Assembly (NCBI GenBank): GCA_020137815.1
Contig: CM035361.1
Coordinates: 6,572,001 to 6,636,000 of the forward strand
Source of the DNA: Hormiphora californensis
Taxonomy: Eukaryota > Animalia > Ctenophora
DNA length: 64,000 bases
Reading direction: 5' to 3'
Part shown: positions 1 to 13,632 of the stretch, in pieces
Numbering within the stretch: position 1 is the stretch's first letter
Layout of the letters: every line of letters starts with the position of its first letter
Notes under the pieces: model-generated
What the model was told of the DNA's origin: nothing
The model's database searches: none
The model's input: only the letters and a program-made list of their open reading frames with translations
Translations under genes and position numbers: made by a program

Positions 1-3000
1 GATCTGAGGACATCCATGTCACTGTTTGTTTGAATCCCAGTACGGAGCCTATGACAGATTTCGGTAAATTGTGAATCACCTTTGCTTCTTACAATTTCTG
101 TCAACTCAGAAAACGTGACCAAGTCCTTCCATAAGTTAACTGAGAGCTTCGCGGGCCCTCTGGGATCAAATATCTTTGTCTGTTGTACAGGAGGTATCTG
201 GTAAAAGTCACCAAAAAATAAGATATTAACACCGCCAAAATAGTCATGTTGTCCATTCATACCCTTTAACTGGTTCAAGCGACCATGAATATGATTTAGC
301 ACAGTATTCCCTAGCATTGATACCTCATCAATTATGAGATACTGAAGATTACCAAACAGTCCATCGATCATATTCTGGCACTTGCTCGAGCTGAGAGGCT
401 TTTGATTTGAGATATATCCGCCTCTTTGTGTATCTAGCTGAAGCATTTGGTGCACGGTAATGCCTTCCACCAACGCTGCAGCTGTTCCAGTGGTTGCCGT
501 GACAGCCACATAAGGCTTCAAGGCTGAGCCACCCAATGTCTTGTTAATGCAAGCACGAAGTACACTGATGAGGAAGGTTTTCCCTACACCGCCTGCACCA
601 GATATAAAATGGATTAGCTGGCGAACGCCTTTACCCGAAGCAACCTTAATAACATGGTCTTGCACCAACTTGAATACTCCCTGTTGCTTGATGTTCAGTG
701 AGTTAACACGGGTATCATACTCCTCTTTGCTGATGTCTGGCTCAACGTACGTAACTTTAAAGTTAACCTTGTCATCTGGGTCCTTCAATCCAGGCCGAGG
801 ATGAAGCAAAGCAAACCGATTATCCAACTTATCACCATGTTTTTTACAGGCATCTTCTACATCAAGTCGATCTTTGATAGACTGTTTAACTTCATCCACT
901 ATATCCTCCATTGTATCAGAGTCAATTGTCTCAAACCTGGACATATTACTGTTAATGACTGCAGCTTTATACATAAACGAATCCTCAAGGTTGTCGTAGT
1001 GACCCTCAATCTCGCCCTCTGACCTCCAAGGGAAGTACATACAGATCTTAGAGTAATAATAACCCTCGGGATCTGTTTTCCTTGACGGGCAATGTGTACG
1101 TACAACCACAGGAGACAAACGCTTAATCATACGACCCAGCTCCTCTTTCTTCAATACAATGATTCGTGACCTGTTATTGTTATTTTCTTTTTCATAACAC
1201 GTCTTGTAATGAACGGCAAACTCCATAAAGCTCATATCATTTAAACAGTCCGGTCTATGGGGATAGCGGTCAATCAGGCCCTTGTTGAACACATCCTTAG
1301 AATCACTATGAAGAGCTTGCAGCTGATGTTTAGACTTGAGCATACCGTGACGAAATTTAGGTTGATTAGAAGGGACAAATATTACCTCAGGCTTAGACAC
1401 AGACATGGAGTAAGGCATGGTCCTATAGATCGATTCCTGCTGACTAACAGATCGTGTATTAATGAAAACGTTGCCAAGCTGTTTCAACTTAGTCCGCGTA
1501 TCAATGTTAACAGGGTCGTCAATTTCCTTCAAAACATCCTTCATCTTGTCACAAACAGCCTTCTCGGTTTTAGTAGCATAAGCCAATACATAGTTGACCA
1601 TGTCCCACATGGACGTAACGAATTGAATATCCATGTTTGATCGGGTAGCCCTCAATAGGGCCTCGTTATAAGGATTGACATACTCATTTCCGACAGAACG
1701 CTTGTACTCTACCTTCTGCTTACGACCACTATTCCTGAGACCTGATTTGACTTGCCCATCTGCCATTCCTTCTTGAGACTCGGTCCCAATGATGAATGTT
1801 TTCGCCGTGACTTTTCTAGGGAAATGGAAACGACATGAACCTCCACTATTTTCCGAATACTTAGTACAGGTTTTCGTGTGTCGGTGAGTTTGCAACTTCA
1901 CAAGTTCGTGGAGGCAGGCATCTTCTTCCAAGGAAGGATTTTCAGTAGAAACGTGTTGATCAATGTAAGAGATTACCTTCTCAAGAGAATCAACCCCGAG
2001 CTGTGGTGCATCTTGGCATTTCAACATCATATGAAGGTGCGGGCTTCCACGATCACCAAATTCAACTCGTCCAAAATAAGCGTCGATGGCACCTAACAAT
2101 TTACCTCTTTCTAGCAAGATGGATAGTATTTTATGCAAATATCTATCAAAAGTGCGGACAGCGGTGACAGGGTCATCCTTCAGTATGCGATGTTTCTCAA
2201 ACCACGAAATATCATTGAGCAAATCATCTGTAACTTGGATCCCCTGAAGCTTTAGAATAGCAGGTATAGAATATACCAGATCGTTGAAACTGAACGTAAC
2301 AAACCATGTAAACATCCCAAGCTGATTTACCATTCCAAAAGCATCTGATTTCACACGTTGCCAGTATGCAGGCGACCCTTTGATGTTTTTCATGAACTTC
2401 AGGCAATCAATTTGATTTCGAAGGTCCCCCTCTGACATAGATGTCAAAACACCTGCACTCAATTCTGTTCCGTCTTCATCACACTTAGTTGATTTTCTCA
2501 TATGTGTGTTGACACTCTGATAAATAGAAGTCCTCTCAACACAGGCCTGCATAGTGAACACATATTCAGGATCCTGGGCGAACCTACGATCCTTGTTAAG
2601 AAGTCTATGCTCGCAATAATCTTTCAACGATAATTTAGGCAACTCTTTTGACTTGATTCCCAGCACCCTTTCTTCGTCATAGAAATGGCCCTTTCCCAAC
2701 GGAAAGTGGTGAGGAAATGCAAGGGGCTCCAAATCCTGATCGCCAATCAATGAAATCGGAGTTTCATTTTGACCTGGGGCAAAGTCTAAAATCGGTGTCT
2801 TTTTGAAAATCTCATCGGTCATCGTTTGAGCAATGTCCTCAACTTGAATACAATTCTCATAGGGAAGGGCACTATATGTACCTTCTGCTCCAATAGAAGT
2901 TACAATCTCTTCCACAATAGATCGGCAAATTATAAAAGGATTGTCAGTCAGGGAAGCATTAAACAGCTCCTGGTTATCATGATAATTTTCTGCGACCCAG

Positions 3001-4700
3001 GTGTTTGTCAAGACAACATCCTTGTACTTTGGGTTATTTTCCTGAAAAAATTGCAACAACTTGAACACCTTAGTCGGATCAACTGTATCTTGAACAATTA
3101 CCGACCGGTGGTTGACGTTCCTCTTGATACGAACATTCATGATTCCCAGGTCTTCATTTGCACGCGGCAGAGTTAGGCACGTATCCTTGATATTAATTGG
3201 CACGTTAATTACATTGCCAGAGATACCTCGTTGCCCGCCTGCGGGCAACAGCCTTATTTTCATACATGGTATCCGTTGTGATACCATTCTAGCCTCTGTG
3301 GGATTTGGGTCTAATGTAGCTGGCAATGATCCAGGGTTCAGCAACATCTTTTCTTCATGGACAGGCGAAAACTTCCCCTTGGATTCATGAGTTTTACAGC
3401 GTTTGCAAATCCAGTCATCAGTATTCGGTAGTTTAACAACACCTTGTAAATAACACAGCTTACTGCAGTGTTTGCAAACATACTCTGGATAACAATTCAT
3501 AGCTTCCTGAAACTCCTCAACCACGTTGTTACACTTTTTTGTCCTCTTTACTTTTTTAACTGCTTGGGGCGGCGCAGTTCCTGTCTTACTAGTATTAGGA
3601 ATGCTCCCATACCCACTATCTCCAATCTGAGAAGTAAGTTGGAGATCCTTTGAGAGTGCTCCAGTGGTTCCATTACTTTGAATATCACAATCGGTAATGT
3701 CTTTACTAGTCACTGACATACAAACTCGCTTCAGCGGGGGATTTGTTTTATCACTGATTTGCGGACTCTTGACTGATTGGGAAGTTTCCACGTCCTGGCT
3801 ACACTCAGCCAACATACGCTTCTCCGCTTTCTTTTTTGCCCTGTATGTCCTCATATGCTTGTTTTTCATTTCCCTTAGCAGATCTCGGTCCATCGAGTCA
3901 TTGTACTTTTTTCTTCTTTCATCATTGATCTCTTTCACATGCCTCTTCTTACTTCCAACTCCATGTTTGGCCCTCGATTTCCTTTTTCGTTCACTTGGGT
4001 TTAACCCACTGCCACGTTTGTTTTGATATTCTGCTTCACTCTCACTGCCAGAGCAACTGGTACCAGATGACAATGATATCTCATCCAAATCAAAGTATGG
4101 AGTAAAGTCAACATATACAGCAGAGTCGTCAATAAAAAGATCATCCAATTTAGAAACATCATCACTGATTTCCTCGTCTGACGTTCCACTACCACCGGCT
4201 TCATCGTCGATAAACGGGTTATTTGCAGGACCAGGATTAGTCTCAACATCTCCGCTCAGTAATAGTAACATCATGATTACAGCATGTGTTGAATACAAAT
4301 ATCCAACGCAGATGAAAGTCGTCATAGGTTGTGTTAAATCCATTTGCGCAGCAGGTAACCCTTGAAATTGCGAAGAAGGGGCAAATGACAACCCAATGAT
4401 AAGGCCTAGCGAAATGAAACACAACAGTCGGGGAATAGTGTAAACATATCGGTACATTTGAGCTGTTCTTCTCCACACCATAACAGGTCCTGTCACACGA
4501 TGCAAAAATACAGGTACCGGCTCGTCGTAAACTATCCAAAGAATGACGAGGTGCTCTAAATTGAACATAACATTAATTCCTTGCACAATTTCCAGTAAAA
4601 ATGTCCACAAGTCAGGAACTACCCTGTTTCCTAGTAGAAATTCATCCGTTGCCACCCGTTCCCATCCGTAGCCATAAGATTCATGGTTCATTGAATTGTT
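1..4700 (-). mobile_element. Decayed Helitron/Helentron Rep-helicase (RepHel) coding region, continuing off the window start
   Basis: Minus-strand translation by eye gives the Rep motif AYFGRVEFGDRGSPHLHM (~2025-2090) and PIF1 helicase motifs FISGAGGVGKTFL (~570-612), VAVTATTGTAAALVEGITVH, YLIIDEVSMLG and FGGVNILFFGDFYQIPPV. The frame is broken by stops and frameshifts. The 5' boundary is approximate. Confidence 0.85.
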
Positions 4701-5160
4701 CGCCATATCATCACTCAATTCACTCAAATCAATAGGTATTGTGAAATTGAAAATAATTCCTACCAATAACATCAGTAGAATTGAATGACGCATTTCCTTT
4801 CAGTTAAATTCAGATATTTATTCCTGATCACTGATAGGTCGAACAAAAGGATTTGTGTTTTTCGAATTTTTGAAAAAAACGCAGTACAGAATTTTCAACT
4901 TCTCAATTTTCTCCAATGAAAACGCGCGGCCGATATAAAACAAATTTTGCCGCGCGTTACAGTTTATAACCGCGCGCTCCTCATAAAATGTCAATTGTTT
5001 GCACGCGCGCAATTTACTCCGCAAGTGTCAAATCGCGCGCGCCGCAGGGTTGCCCTTCGCAACGAAAGTGTGACCAAAAAATGTCCCTCTACCGATTAGT
5101 TAGTATACCAAAATGTCGTTTTCGAATTCTAACCCTGCTATGCCTTTTTACAAAGTAAAA

Positions 5161-5197
5161 AGGCATCCGGGTGGATGCCTTCGGCATCCACCCGGGC
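5161..5197. other. GC-rich hairpin upstream of the RepHel, possibly a Helitron/Helentron terminal structure
   Basis: CCGGGTGGATGCC-TTC-GGCATCCACCCGG is a perfect 13-bp stem. Confidence 0.45.
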
Positions 5198-5309
5198 AGG
5201 GAAAAAATATATTTGAAAATTCATAGCATTCGATACAGTCTCGCCGAAATGTGATAACAGGCAGGGTCATTATTATTATGGTAGCTGCAGTCTATACTAG
5301 TTGCAGTAA

Positions 5310-7351
5310 TCAGAACATGAACCCGTTTGTTTGGCACTCATTCAGGCGTAGTCGTTCCCGCTGCATTACTAGATTCCCTCTCAGAAAGGTATCAAGACAG
5401 TCTCTCCCTCTCGCTCCAGAACTCTAAAGTCAAAGTTCTCGCTCAAAAGTATCTGTGTCTCTAGTGTTCCTTCCTCCATTTACTGCTTCTGGGTGAGCCG
5501 AGATACCCGGTGACTCTTCCAATGCGTTATGATGTTAACTCCCCTTTCTGCGTGCTTTTCATTGGTGTCCGAAACAATCGACCAGCGATCAGGGAGTTCA
5601 TACCGATCCTGAAACAATAGGGAGAGATAGTTATACTGCAGTAGCACACAAACCGAATTAATATCCTTGATGAAACTTGATGATATATGTGTTGCACCAA
5701 AATATCAAACAAACTAACCCAACATAGCCAAGAGAGTGTTGGTAGGATGAGGTTGTTCTGGAGCGCGATCCCTCCACTGCTTTTCTCAACCGGGTGTTCT
5801 TGATGAGTATTCAGTTGCACAGCCTCCAGGAAGTGAGCTGCTCCCTGTTCTAATGCGTGCATTACTTTACATCTGAGAAACACATTGATTTTGTTGGTGT
5901 CAGACAGAATTTAAAATGTGATGAAATATGAAGCCTGTCATTATTACCTTAGCGCATACAGTCCTACAATGGACCACACCAAATACATTCCGATAGTCTT
6001 TGGGATCCATTGTACAGTCGGATGATCCATCTGGCTTTTCTTCTCCTGGGACAGCTGGAATTCTCGGATCTCCTCAATTCGTTCCACAGCTTGTTGTTTC
6101 ATATCTTCACGAACTGCGGGAAATCGATCAGGAATAATAATTTACCACTCCAGACATTTTCAATTTTGATAGTTACCCTCTCTTTTATTACACACACACT
6201 GACAGAGACAGGAACAGAGACAGGAACAGAGACAGGAACACTAGACTAAGACAAAGAGAGATATTATAACAATTCCTCTTACCTACCATGTTTTAGAAAA
6301 TTATTGATTCGCGTTTAGCCACGTCTCGTCTCCTGTAATCAACGGTTGGTTGTAACCAATGGTCAATGATGGCTTGTGATTCAGCATGAACAGGTATATC
6401 AGGTGTCGAGTTTCTGAGAGAGGAGAGATCGGGTTAGATTAAATCAAAGAAATTTCAAAACAAAAAGAAAACAAAAAAAATCAACCATACCCCGCGTTTC
6501 GGAAAAAGTTTTATTTTTATTTTTTTGGGGGCTGCCCCCACCCAATTGAGATTTGGAACTTTCAGAAATCATTGCTACTATGTATGTAAGTAATCTTTAA
6601 TTTTAATTTACCTTGCGTGACATAGTGACACATTTTTAGCAGCTTCTGGGCGTCCTGGTTTAGTGTTGTAAGAACAACATCCGGCATCAGGGCAAACTCC
6701 ACTGGAATAGGGTCGAAATCCCTCCTGACAGGTATTCCATGGAGCTGTAGCTCGGCTTCGCGGGCTTCGTTTGCCACGCTTCGCGCAGCCAGTGTAGGGG
6801 TGGCCGCGCCACCAAGGCATCGTTCTCAATTCGCCTCCCAAGCCAGATCCAAGTAGCATTGCCAACAGGAGATCGGTTTGATCCGTTTGCTTTAACTGCT
6901 CTCGTCGAATCCACGGTGATATACAAACGGATCAGTTCCGAGGTTCATCCACCGGGCTGTGTGAACCACACCAATCGCTTGTTTCCCTCGCTGGGAAATC
7001 TTTGGCATCTGCAGAAGGTTGTTTTATTTTAGGGATGGCTTAGGGCCGATTCTCCAGATGGAGAGATAGAGGGGTGAGAGAGTGGGATAGACATTAAGTG
7101 AGTGAAGGAGTGAGATTACAAACCTTGTGTTACATAATGGCACATTCTGAGTAGTTTCTGTGCATCTTGATTTAATGTTTTCAAGACCACATCTGGCATT
7201 AGTGGGAAGTCCACTGTTATCGGCTCGAAATCCCTCCTAACAGGAATTCCATGCAGCTGATGTTGAGCCTCATTACATATCCTCTTACCAACAGTTCCAG
7301 GGTAAGAATCGGGGCCATCTGCTGGTTTGTCCAGTAGTTCAAAAACTGCCC
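5310..7351 (-). pseudogene. Intron-containing, partly duplicated hAT-like (hATm-type) transposase remnants
   Basis: Two paralogous GT-AG bounded pieces (7122-7351 and 6612-6840) encode QLHGIPVRRDF.PI.V.F.LMPDVVL.TLNQDAQKLL.MCHYVTQG. HTARWMNLG and VREDMKQQAVERIEEIR also resemble hATm-like transposases as I recall them. Stops and frameshifts are present. Confidence 0.45.
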
Positions 7352-7731
7352 TGCAATTAAAGAAAAACATTGTTATAAACAAATCAGAGTTATCGATCTA
7401 ACATTGGGTAGCGACTAGCTATTTGAAACACCCCCTCTACAGGCCAGCAGGTGCACCAGATTTGGATTTTTAGTGGGCTAGTCAGAACTCACAGACAAAG
7501 AGAGATGCTATAATGATTCCTCTTACCTGCCATGAAAGACATAGACAACAATTTGGAGTTGGTGATCTATGTGTTGCACCAAAATATCAAACAAACTTAC
7601 CCAACATAGCCAAGATAGTGTTGGTAGGACGAGAACGGGTTGTTCTGGAGCGATCCCTCCACCAGCCAGATCCATGTAGCATTGCCAACAAGAGATCGGT
7701 TTGACCCGAGAGAGACTGCTCCTTTTTTACC

Positions 7732-10700
7732 ATAGCTTCATTTCGTATTTCAAGGAGCATTTCCTCCTCCTTGTCGGGGTCGGTCCTGACGTCAAACTCC
7801 TCCTCCTTGTCGGGGTCGGTCCTGACGTCAAGCTCCTCCTCCTTGTCGGGGTCGGTCCTGACGTCAAACTCCTCCTCCTTGTCGGGGTCGGTCCTGACGT
7901 CAAGCTCCTCCTCCTTGTCGGGGTCGGTCCTGACGTCAAGCTCCTCCTCCTTGTCGGGGTGGGTCCTGACGTCAAGCTCCTCCTACTTGCCGGGGTGGGT
8001 CCTGACGTCAAGCTCCTCCTACTTGCCGGGGTTGGTCCTGACGTCAAGCTCCTCCTCCTTGTAGGGGTCGGTCCTGACGTCAAGCTCCTCCTCCTTGTCG
8101 GGGTTGGTCCTGACGTCAAGCTCCTCCTCCTTGTCGGGGTCGGTCCTGACGTCAAGCTCCTCCTCCTTGTCGGGGTCGGTCCTGACGTCAAGCTCCTCCT
8201 CCTTGTCGGGGTCGGTCCTGACGTCAAGCTCCTCCTCCTTGTCGGGGTCGGTCCTGACGTCAAGCTCCTCCTCCTTGTCGGGGTGGGTCCTGACGTCAAG
8301 CTCCTCCTCCTTGTAGGGGTCGGTCCTGACGTCAAGCTCCTCCTCCTTGTCGGGGTCGGTCCTGACGTCAAGCTCCTCCTCCTTGTCGGGGTCGGTCCTG
8401 ACGTCAAGCTCCTCCTCCTTGTCGGGGTCGGTCCTGACGTCAAGCTCCTCCTCCTTGCCGGGGTCGGTCCTGACGTCAAGCTCCTCCTCCTTGTCGGGGT
8501 CGGTCCTGACGTCAAGCTCCTCCTCCTTGTCGGGGTCGGTCCTGACGTCAAGCTCCTCCTCCTTGTCGGGGTGGGTCCTGACGTCAAGCTCCTCCTCCTT
8601 GTCGGGGTCGGTCCTGACGTCAAGCTCCTCCTCCTTGTCGGGGTCGGTCCTGACGTCAAGCTCCTCCTCCTTGTCGGGGTCGGTCCTGACGTCAAGCTCC
8701 TCCTCCTTGTCGGGGTCGGTCCTGACGTCAAGCTCCTCCTCCTTGTCGGGGTCGGTCCTGACGTCAAGCTCCTCCTCCTTGTCGGGGTCGGTCCTGACGT
8801 CAAGCTCCTCCTCCTTGTCGGGGTCGGTCCTGACGTCAAGCTCCTCCTCCTTGTCGGGGTCGGTCCTGACGTCAAGCTCCTCCTCCTTGTCGGGGTCGGT
8901 CCTGACGTCAAGCTCCTCCTCCTTGTCGGGGTCGGTCCTGACGTCAAGCTCCTCCTCCTTGTCGGGGTCGGTCCTGACGTCAAGCTCCTCCTCCTTGTCG
9001 GGGTCGGTCCTGACGTCAAGCTCCTCCTCCTTGTCGGGGTCGGTCCTGACGTCAAGCTCCTCCTCCTTGTCGGGGTCGGTCCTGACGTCAAGCTCCTCCT
9101 CCTTGTCGGGGTCGGTCCTGACGTCAAGCTCCTCCTCCTTGTCGGGGTCGGTCCTGACGTCAAGCTCCTCCTCCTTGTCGGGGTCGGTCCTGACGTCAAG
9201 CTCCTCCTCCTTGTCGGGGTCGGTCCTGACGTCAAGCTCCTCCTCCTTGTCGGGGTCGGTCCTGACGTCAAGCTCCTCCTCCTTGTCGGGGTCGGTCCTG
9301 ACGTCAAGCTCCTCCTCCTTGTCGGGGTCGGTCCTGACGTCAAGCTCCTCCTCCTTGTCGGGGTCGGTCCTGACGTCAAGCTCCTCCTCCTTGTCGGGGT
9401 CGGTCCTGACGTCAAGCTCCTCCTCCTTGTCGGGGTCGGTCCTGACGTCAAGCTCCTCCTCCTTGTCGGGGTCGGTCCTGACGTCAAGCTCCTCCTCCTT
9501 GTCGGGGTCGGTCCTGACGTCAAGCTCCTCCTCCTTGTCGGGGTCGGTCCTGACGTCAAGCTCCTCCTCCTTGTCGGGGTCGGTCCTGACGTCAAGCTCC
9601 TCCTCCTTGTCGGGGTCGGTCCTGACGTCAAGCTCCTCCTCCTTGTCGGGGTCGGTCCTGACGTCAAGCTCCTCCTCCTTGTCGGGGTCGGTCCTGACGT
9701 CAAGCTCCTCCTCCTTGTCGGGTCGGTCCTGACGTCAAGCTCCTCCTCCTTGTCGGGGTCGGTCCTGACGTCAAGCTCCTCCTCCTTGTCGGGGTCGGTC
9801 CTGACGTCAAGCTCCTCCTCCTTGTCGGGGTCGGTCCTGACGTCAAGCTCCTCCTCCTTGTCGGGGTCGGTCCTGACGTCAAGCTCCTCCTCCTTGTCGG
9901 GGTCGGTCCTGACGTCAAGCTCCTCCTCCTTGTCGGGGTCGGTCCTGACGTCAAGCTCCTCCTCCTTGTCGGGGTCGGTCCTGACGTCAAGCTCCTCCTC
10001 CTTGTCGGGGTCGGTCCTGACGTCAAGCTCCTCCTCCTTGTCGGGGTCGGTCCTGACGTCAAGCTCCTCCTCCTTGTCGGGGTCGGTCCTGACGTCAAGC
10101 TCCTCCTCCTTGTCGGGGTCGGTCCTGACGTCAAGCTCCTCCTCCTTGTCGGGGTCGGTCCTGACGTCAAGCTCCTCCTCCTTGTCGGGGTCGGTCCTGA
10201 CGTCAAGCTCCTCCTCCTTGTCGGGGTCGGTCCTGACGTCAAGCTCCTCCTCCTTGTCGGGGTCGGTCCTGACGTCAAGCTCCTCCTCCTTGTCGGGGTC
10301 GGTCCTGACGTCAAGCTCCTCCTCCTTGTCGGGGTCGGTCCTGACGTCAAGCTCCTCCTCCTTGTCGGGGTCGGTCCTGACGTCAAGCTCCTCCTCCTTG
10401 TCGGGGTCGGTCCTGACGTCAAGCTCCTCCTCCTTGTCGGGGTCGGTCCTGACGTCAAGCTCCTCCTCCTTGTCGGGGTCGGTCCTGACGTCAAGCTCCT
10501 CCTCCTTGTCGGGGTCGGTCCTGACGTCAAGCTCCTCCTCCTTGTCGGGGTCGGTCCTGACGTCAAGCTCCTCCTCCTTGTCGGGGTCGGTCCTGACGTC
10601 AAGCTCCTCCTCCTTGTCGGGGTCGGTCCTGACGTCAAGCTCCTCCTCCTTGTCGGGGTCGGTCCTGACGTCAAGCTCCTCCTCCTTGTCGGGGTCGGTC

Positions 10701-13409
10701 CTGACGTCAAGCTCCTCCTCCTTGTCGGGGTCGGTCCTGACGTCAAGCTCCTCCTCCTTGTCGGGGTCGGTCCTGACGTCAAGCTCCTCCTCCTTGTCGG
10801 GGTCGGTCCTGACGTCAAGCTCCTCCTCCTTGTCGGGGTCGGTCCTGACGTCAAGCTCCTCCTCCTTGTCGGGGTCGGTCCTGACGTCAAGCTCCTCCTC
10901 CTTGTCGGGGTCGGTCCTGACGTCAAGCTCCTCCTCCTTGTCGGGGTCGGTCCTGACGTCAAGCTCCTCCTCCTTGTCGGGGTCGGTCCTGACGTCAAGC
11001 TCCTCCTCCTTGTCGGGGTCGGTCCTGACGTCAAGCTCCTCCTCCTTGTCGGGGTCGGTCCTGACGTCAAGCTCCTCCTCCTTGTCGGGGTCGGTCCTGA
11101 CGTCAAGCTCCTCCTCCTTGTCGGGGTCGGTCCTGACGTCAAGCTCCTCCTCCTTGTCGGGGTCGGTCCTGACGTCAAGCTCCTCCTCCTTGTCGGGGTC
11201 GGTCCTGACGTCAAGCTCCTCCTCCTTGTCGGGGTCGGTCCTGACGTCAAGCTCCTCCTCCTTGTCGGGGTCGGTCCTGACGTCAAGCTCCTTGTCGGGG
11301 TCGGTCCTGACGTCAAGCTCCTCCTCCTTGTCGGGGTCGGTCCTGACGTCAAGCTCCTCCTCCTTGTCGGGGTCGGTCCTGACGTCAAGCTCCTCCTCCT
11401 TGTCGGGGTCGGTCCTGACGTCAAGCTCCTCCTCCTTGTCGGGGTCGGTCCTGACGTCAAGCTCCTCCTCCTTGTCGGGGTCGGTCCTGACGTCAAGCTC
11501 CTCCTCCTTGTCGGGGTCGGTCCTGACGTCAAGCTCCTCCTCCTTGTCGGGGTCGGTCCTGACGTCAAGCTCCTCCTCCTTGTCGGGGTCGGTCCTGACG
11601 TCAAGCTCCTCCTCCTTGTCGGGGTCGGTCCTGACGTCAAGCTCCTCCTCCTTGTCGGGGTCGGTCCTGACGTCAAGCTCCTCCTCCTTGTCGGGGTCGG
11701 TCCTGACGTCAAGCTCCTCCTCCTTGTCGGGGTCGGTCCTGACGTCAAGCTCCTCCTCCTTGTCGGGGTCGGTCCTGACGTCAAGCTCCTCCTCCTTGTC
11801 GGGGTCGGTCCTGACGTCAAGCTCCTCCTCCTTGTCGGGGTCGGTCCTGACGTCAAGCTCCTCCTCCTTGTCGGGGTCGGTCCTGACGTCAAGCTCCTCC
11901 TCCTTGTCGGGGTCGGTCCTGACGTCAAGCTCCTCCTCCTTGTCGGGGTCGGTCCTGACGTCAAGCTCCTCCTCCTTGTCGGGGTCGGTCCTGACGTCAA
12001 GCTCCTCCTCCTTGTCGGGGTCGGTCCTGACGTCAAGCTCCTCCTCCTTGTCGGGGTCGGTCCTGACGTCAAGCTCCTCCTCCTTGTCGGGGTCGGTCCT
12101 GACGTCAAGCTCCTCCTCCTTGTCGGGGTCGGTCCTGACGTCAAGCTCCTCCTCCTTGTCGGGGTCGGTCCTGACGTCAAGCTCCTCCTCCTTGTCGGGG
12201 TCGGTCCTGACGTCAAGCTCCTCCTCCTTGTCGGGGTCGGTCCTGACGTCAAGCTCCTCCTCCTTGTCGGGGTCGGTCCTGACGTCAAGCTCCTCCTCCT
12301 TGTCGGGGTCGGTCCTGACGTCAAGCTCCTCCTCCTTGTCGGGGTCGGTCCTGACGTCAAGCTCCTCCTCCTTGTCGGGGTCGGTCCTGACGTCAAGCTC
12401 CTCCTCCTTGTCGGGGTCGGTCCTGACGTCAAGCTCCTCCTCCTTGTCGGGGTCGGTCCTGACGTCAAGCTCCTCCTCCTTGTCGGGGTCGGTCCTGACG
12501 TCAAGCTCCTCCTCCTTGTCGGGGTCGGTCCTGACGTCAAGCTCCTCCTCCTTGTCGGGGTCGGTCCTGACGTCAAGCTCCTCCTCCTTGTCGGGGTCGG
12601 TCCTGACGTCAAGCTCCTCCTCCTTGTCGGGGTCGGTCCTGACGTCAAGCTCCTCCTCCTTGTCGGGGTCGGTCCTGACGTCAAGCTCCTCCTCCTTGTC
12701 GGGGTCGGTCCTGACGTCAAGCTCCTCCTCCTTGTCGGGGTCGGTCCTGACGTCAAGCTCCTCCTCCTTGTCGGGGTCGGTCCTGACGTCAAGCTCCTCC
12801 TCCTTGTCGGGGTCGGTCCTGACGTCAAGCTCCTCCTCCTTGTCGGGGTCGGTCCTGACGTCAAGCTCCTCCTCCTTGTCGGGGTCGGTCCTGACGTCAA
12901 GCTCCTCCTCCTTGTCGGGGTCGGTCCTGACGTCAAGCTCCTCCTCCTTGTCGGGGTCGGTCCTGACGTCAAGCTCCTCCTCCTTGTCGGGGTCGGTCCT
13001 GACGTCAAGCTCCTCCTCCTTGTCGGGGTCGGTCCTGACGTCAAGCTCCTCCTCCTTGTCGGGGTCGGTCCTGACGTCAAGCTCCTCCTCCTTGTCGGGG
13101 TCGGTCCTGACGTCAAGCTCCTCCTCCTTGTCGGGGTCGGTCCTGACGTCAAGCTCCTCCTCCTTGTCGGGGTCGGTCCTGACGTCAAGCTCCTCCTTCC
13201 TTGTCGGGGTCGGTCCTGACGTCAAGCTCCTCCTCCTTGTCGGGGTCGGTCCTGACGTCAAGCTCCTCCTCCTTGTCGGGGTCGGTCCTGACGTCAAGCT
13301 CCTCCTCCTTGTCGGGGTCGGTCCTGACGTCAAGCTCCTCCTCCTTGTTGGGGTCGGTCCTGACGTCAAGCTCCTCCTCTTCTTCTTCTTCCTCAATATC
13401 ATCATCGTC
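7732..13409 (-). CDS. Putative giant acidic-repeat exon (DDDDIEEEE-(EEELDVRTDPDK)n-EEEMLLEIRNEAM)
   Basis: Minus-strand acceptor ctccatacag|GAC and donor ATG|gtaaaa flank the array, with both ends in the acidic frame. It follows the phase-0 exon at 13493-13632. The two single-base indels must be errors for the frame to be open. Confidence 0.45.
7760..13380. repeat. 36-bp tandem array, ~156 near-identical copies
   Basis: Unit is CTCCTCCTCCTTGTCGGGGTCGGTCCTGACGTCAAG. Single-base indels occur at ~9721 and ~13197 and a 6-bp deletion at ~11290. Variants cluster at the left edge. Confidence 0.98.
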
Positions 13410-13492
13410 CTGTATGGAGAGTCAAATTTGAAGTTAGGACTAGGAAATGAAATTGAAAGAACGAAATGGAGAATAGTTATGGGGTTTTTACC

Positions 13493-13632
13493 TTGATATC
13501 AATAATGATAATCGGCCTTATCTTGGCATCAGCAAGCAATTCCGCTTTGTAAAACTGCTCCTCGACCTTTTTAACGTGACCCACCAGTTTCTTGCAGTAT
13601 TCAGGTGTGACCTGTCGAAAACCTTCCTGTAT
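13493..13632 (-). pseudogene. Exon resembling the C-terminus of an IS630/Tc1-like DDE transposase
   Basis: ttttcag|IQEGFRQVTPEYCKKLVGHVKKVEEQFYKAELLADAKIRPIIIIDIK|gtaaaa, followed by an acidic tail. The family assignment is from memory. Confidence 0.45.

Noticed and set aside
7701-13496. Long + strand ORFs (LLLLVGVGPDVK / SLSGSVLTSSS) and the RRRSLTSGPTPT frame
   Set aside because: These are stop-free by-products of a 36-bp unit. Only the acidic minus-strand frame fits the flanking splice sites.
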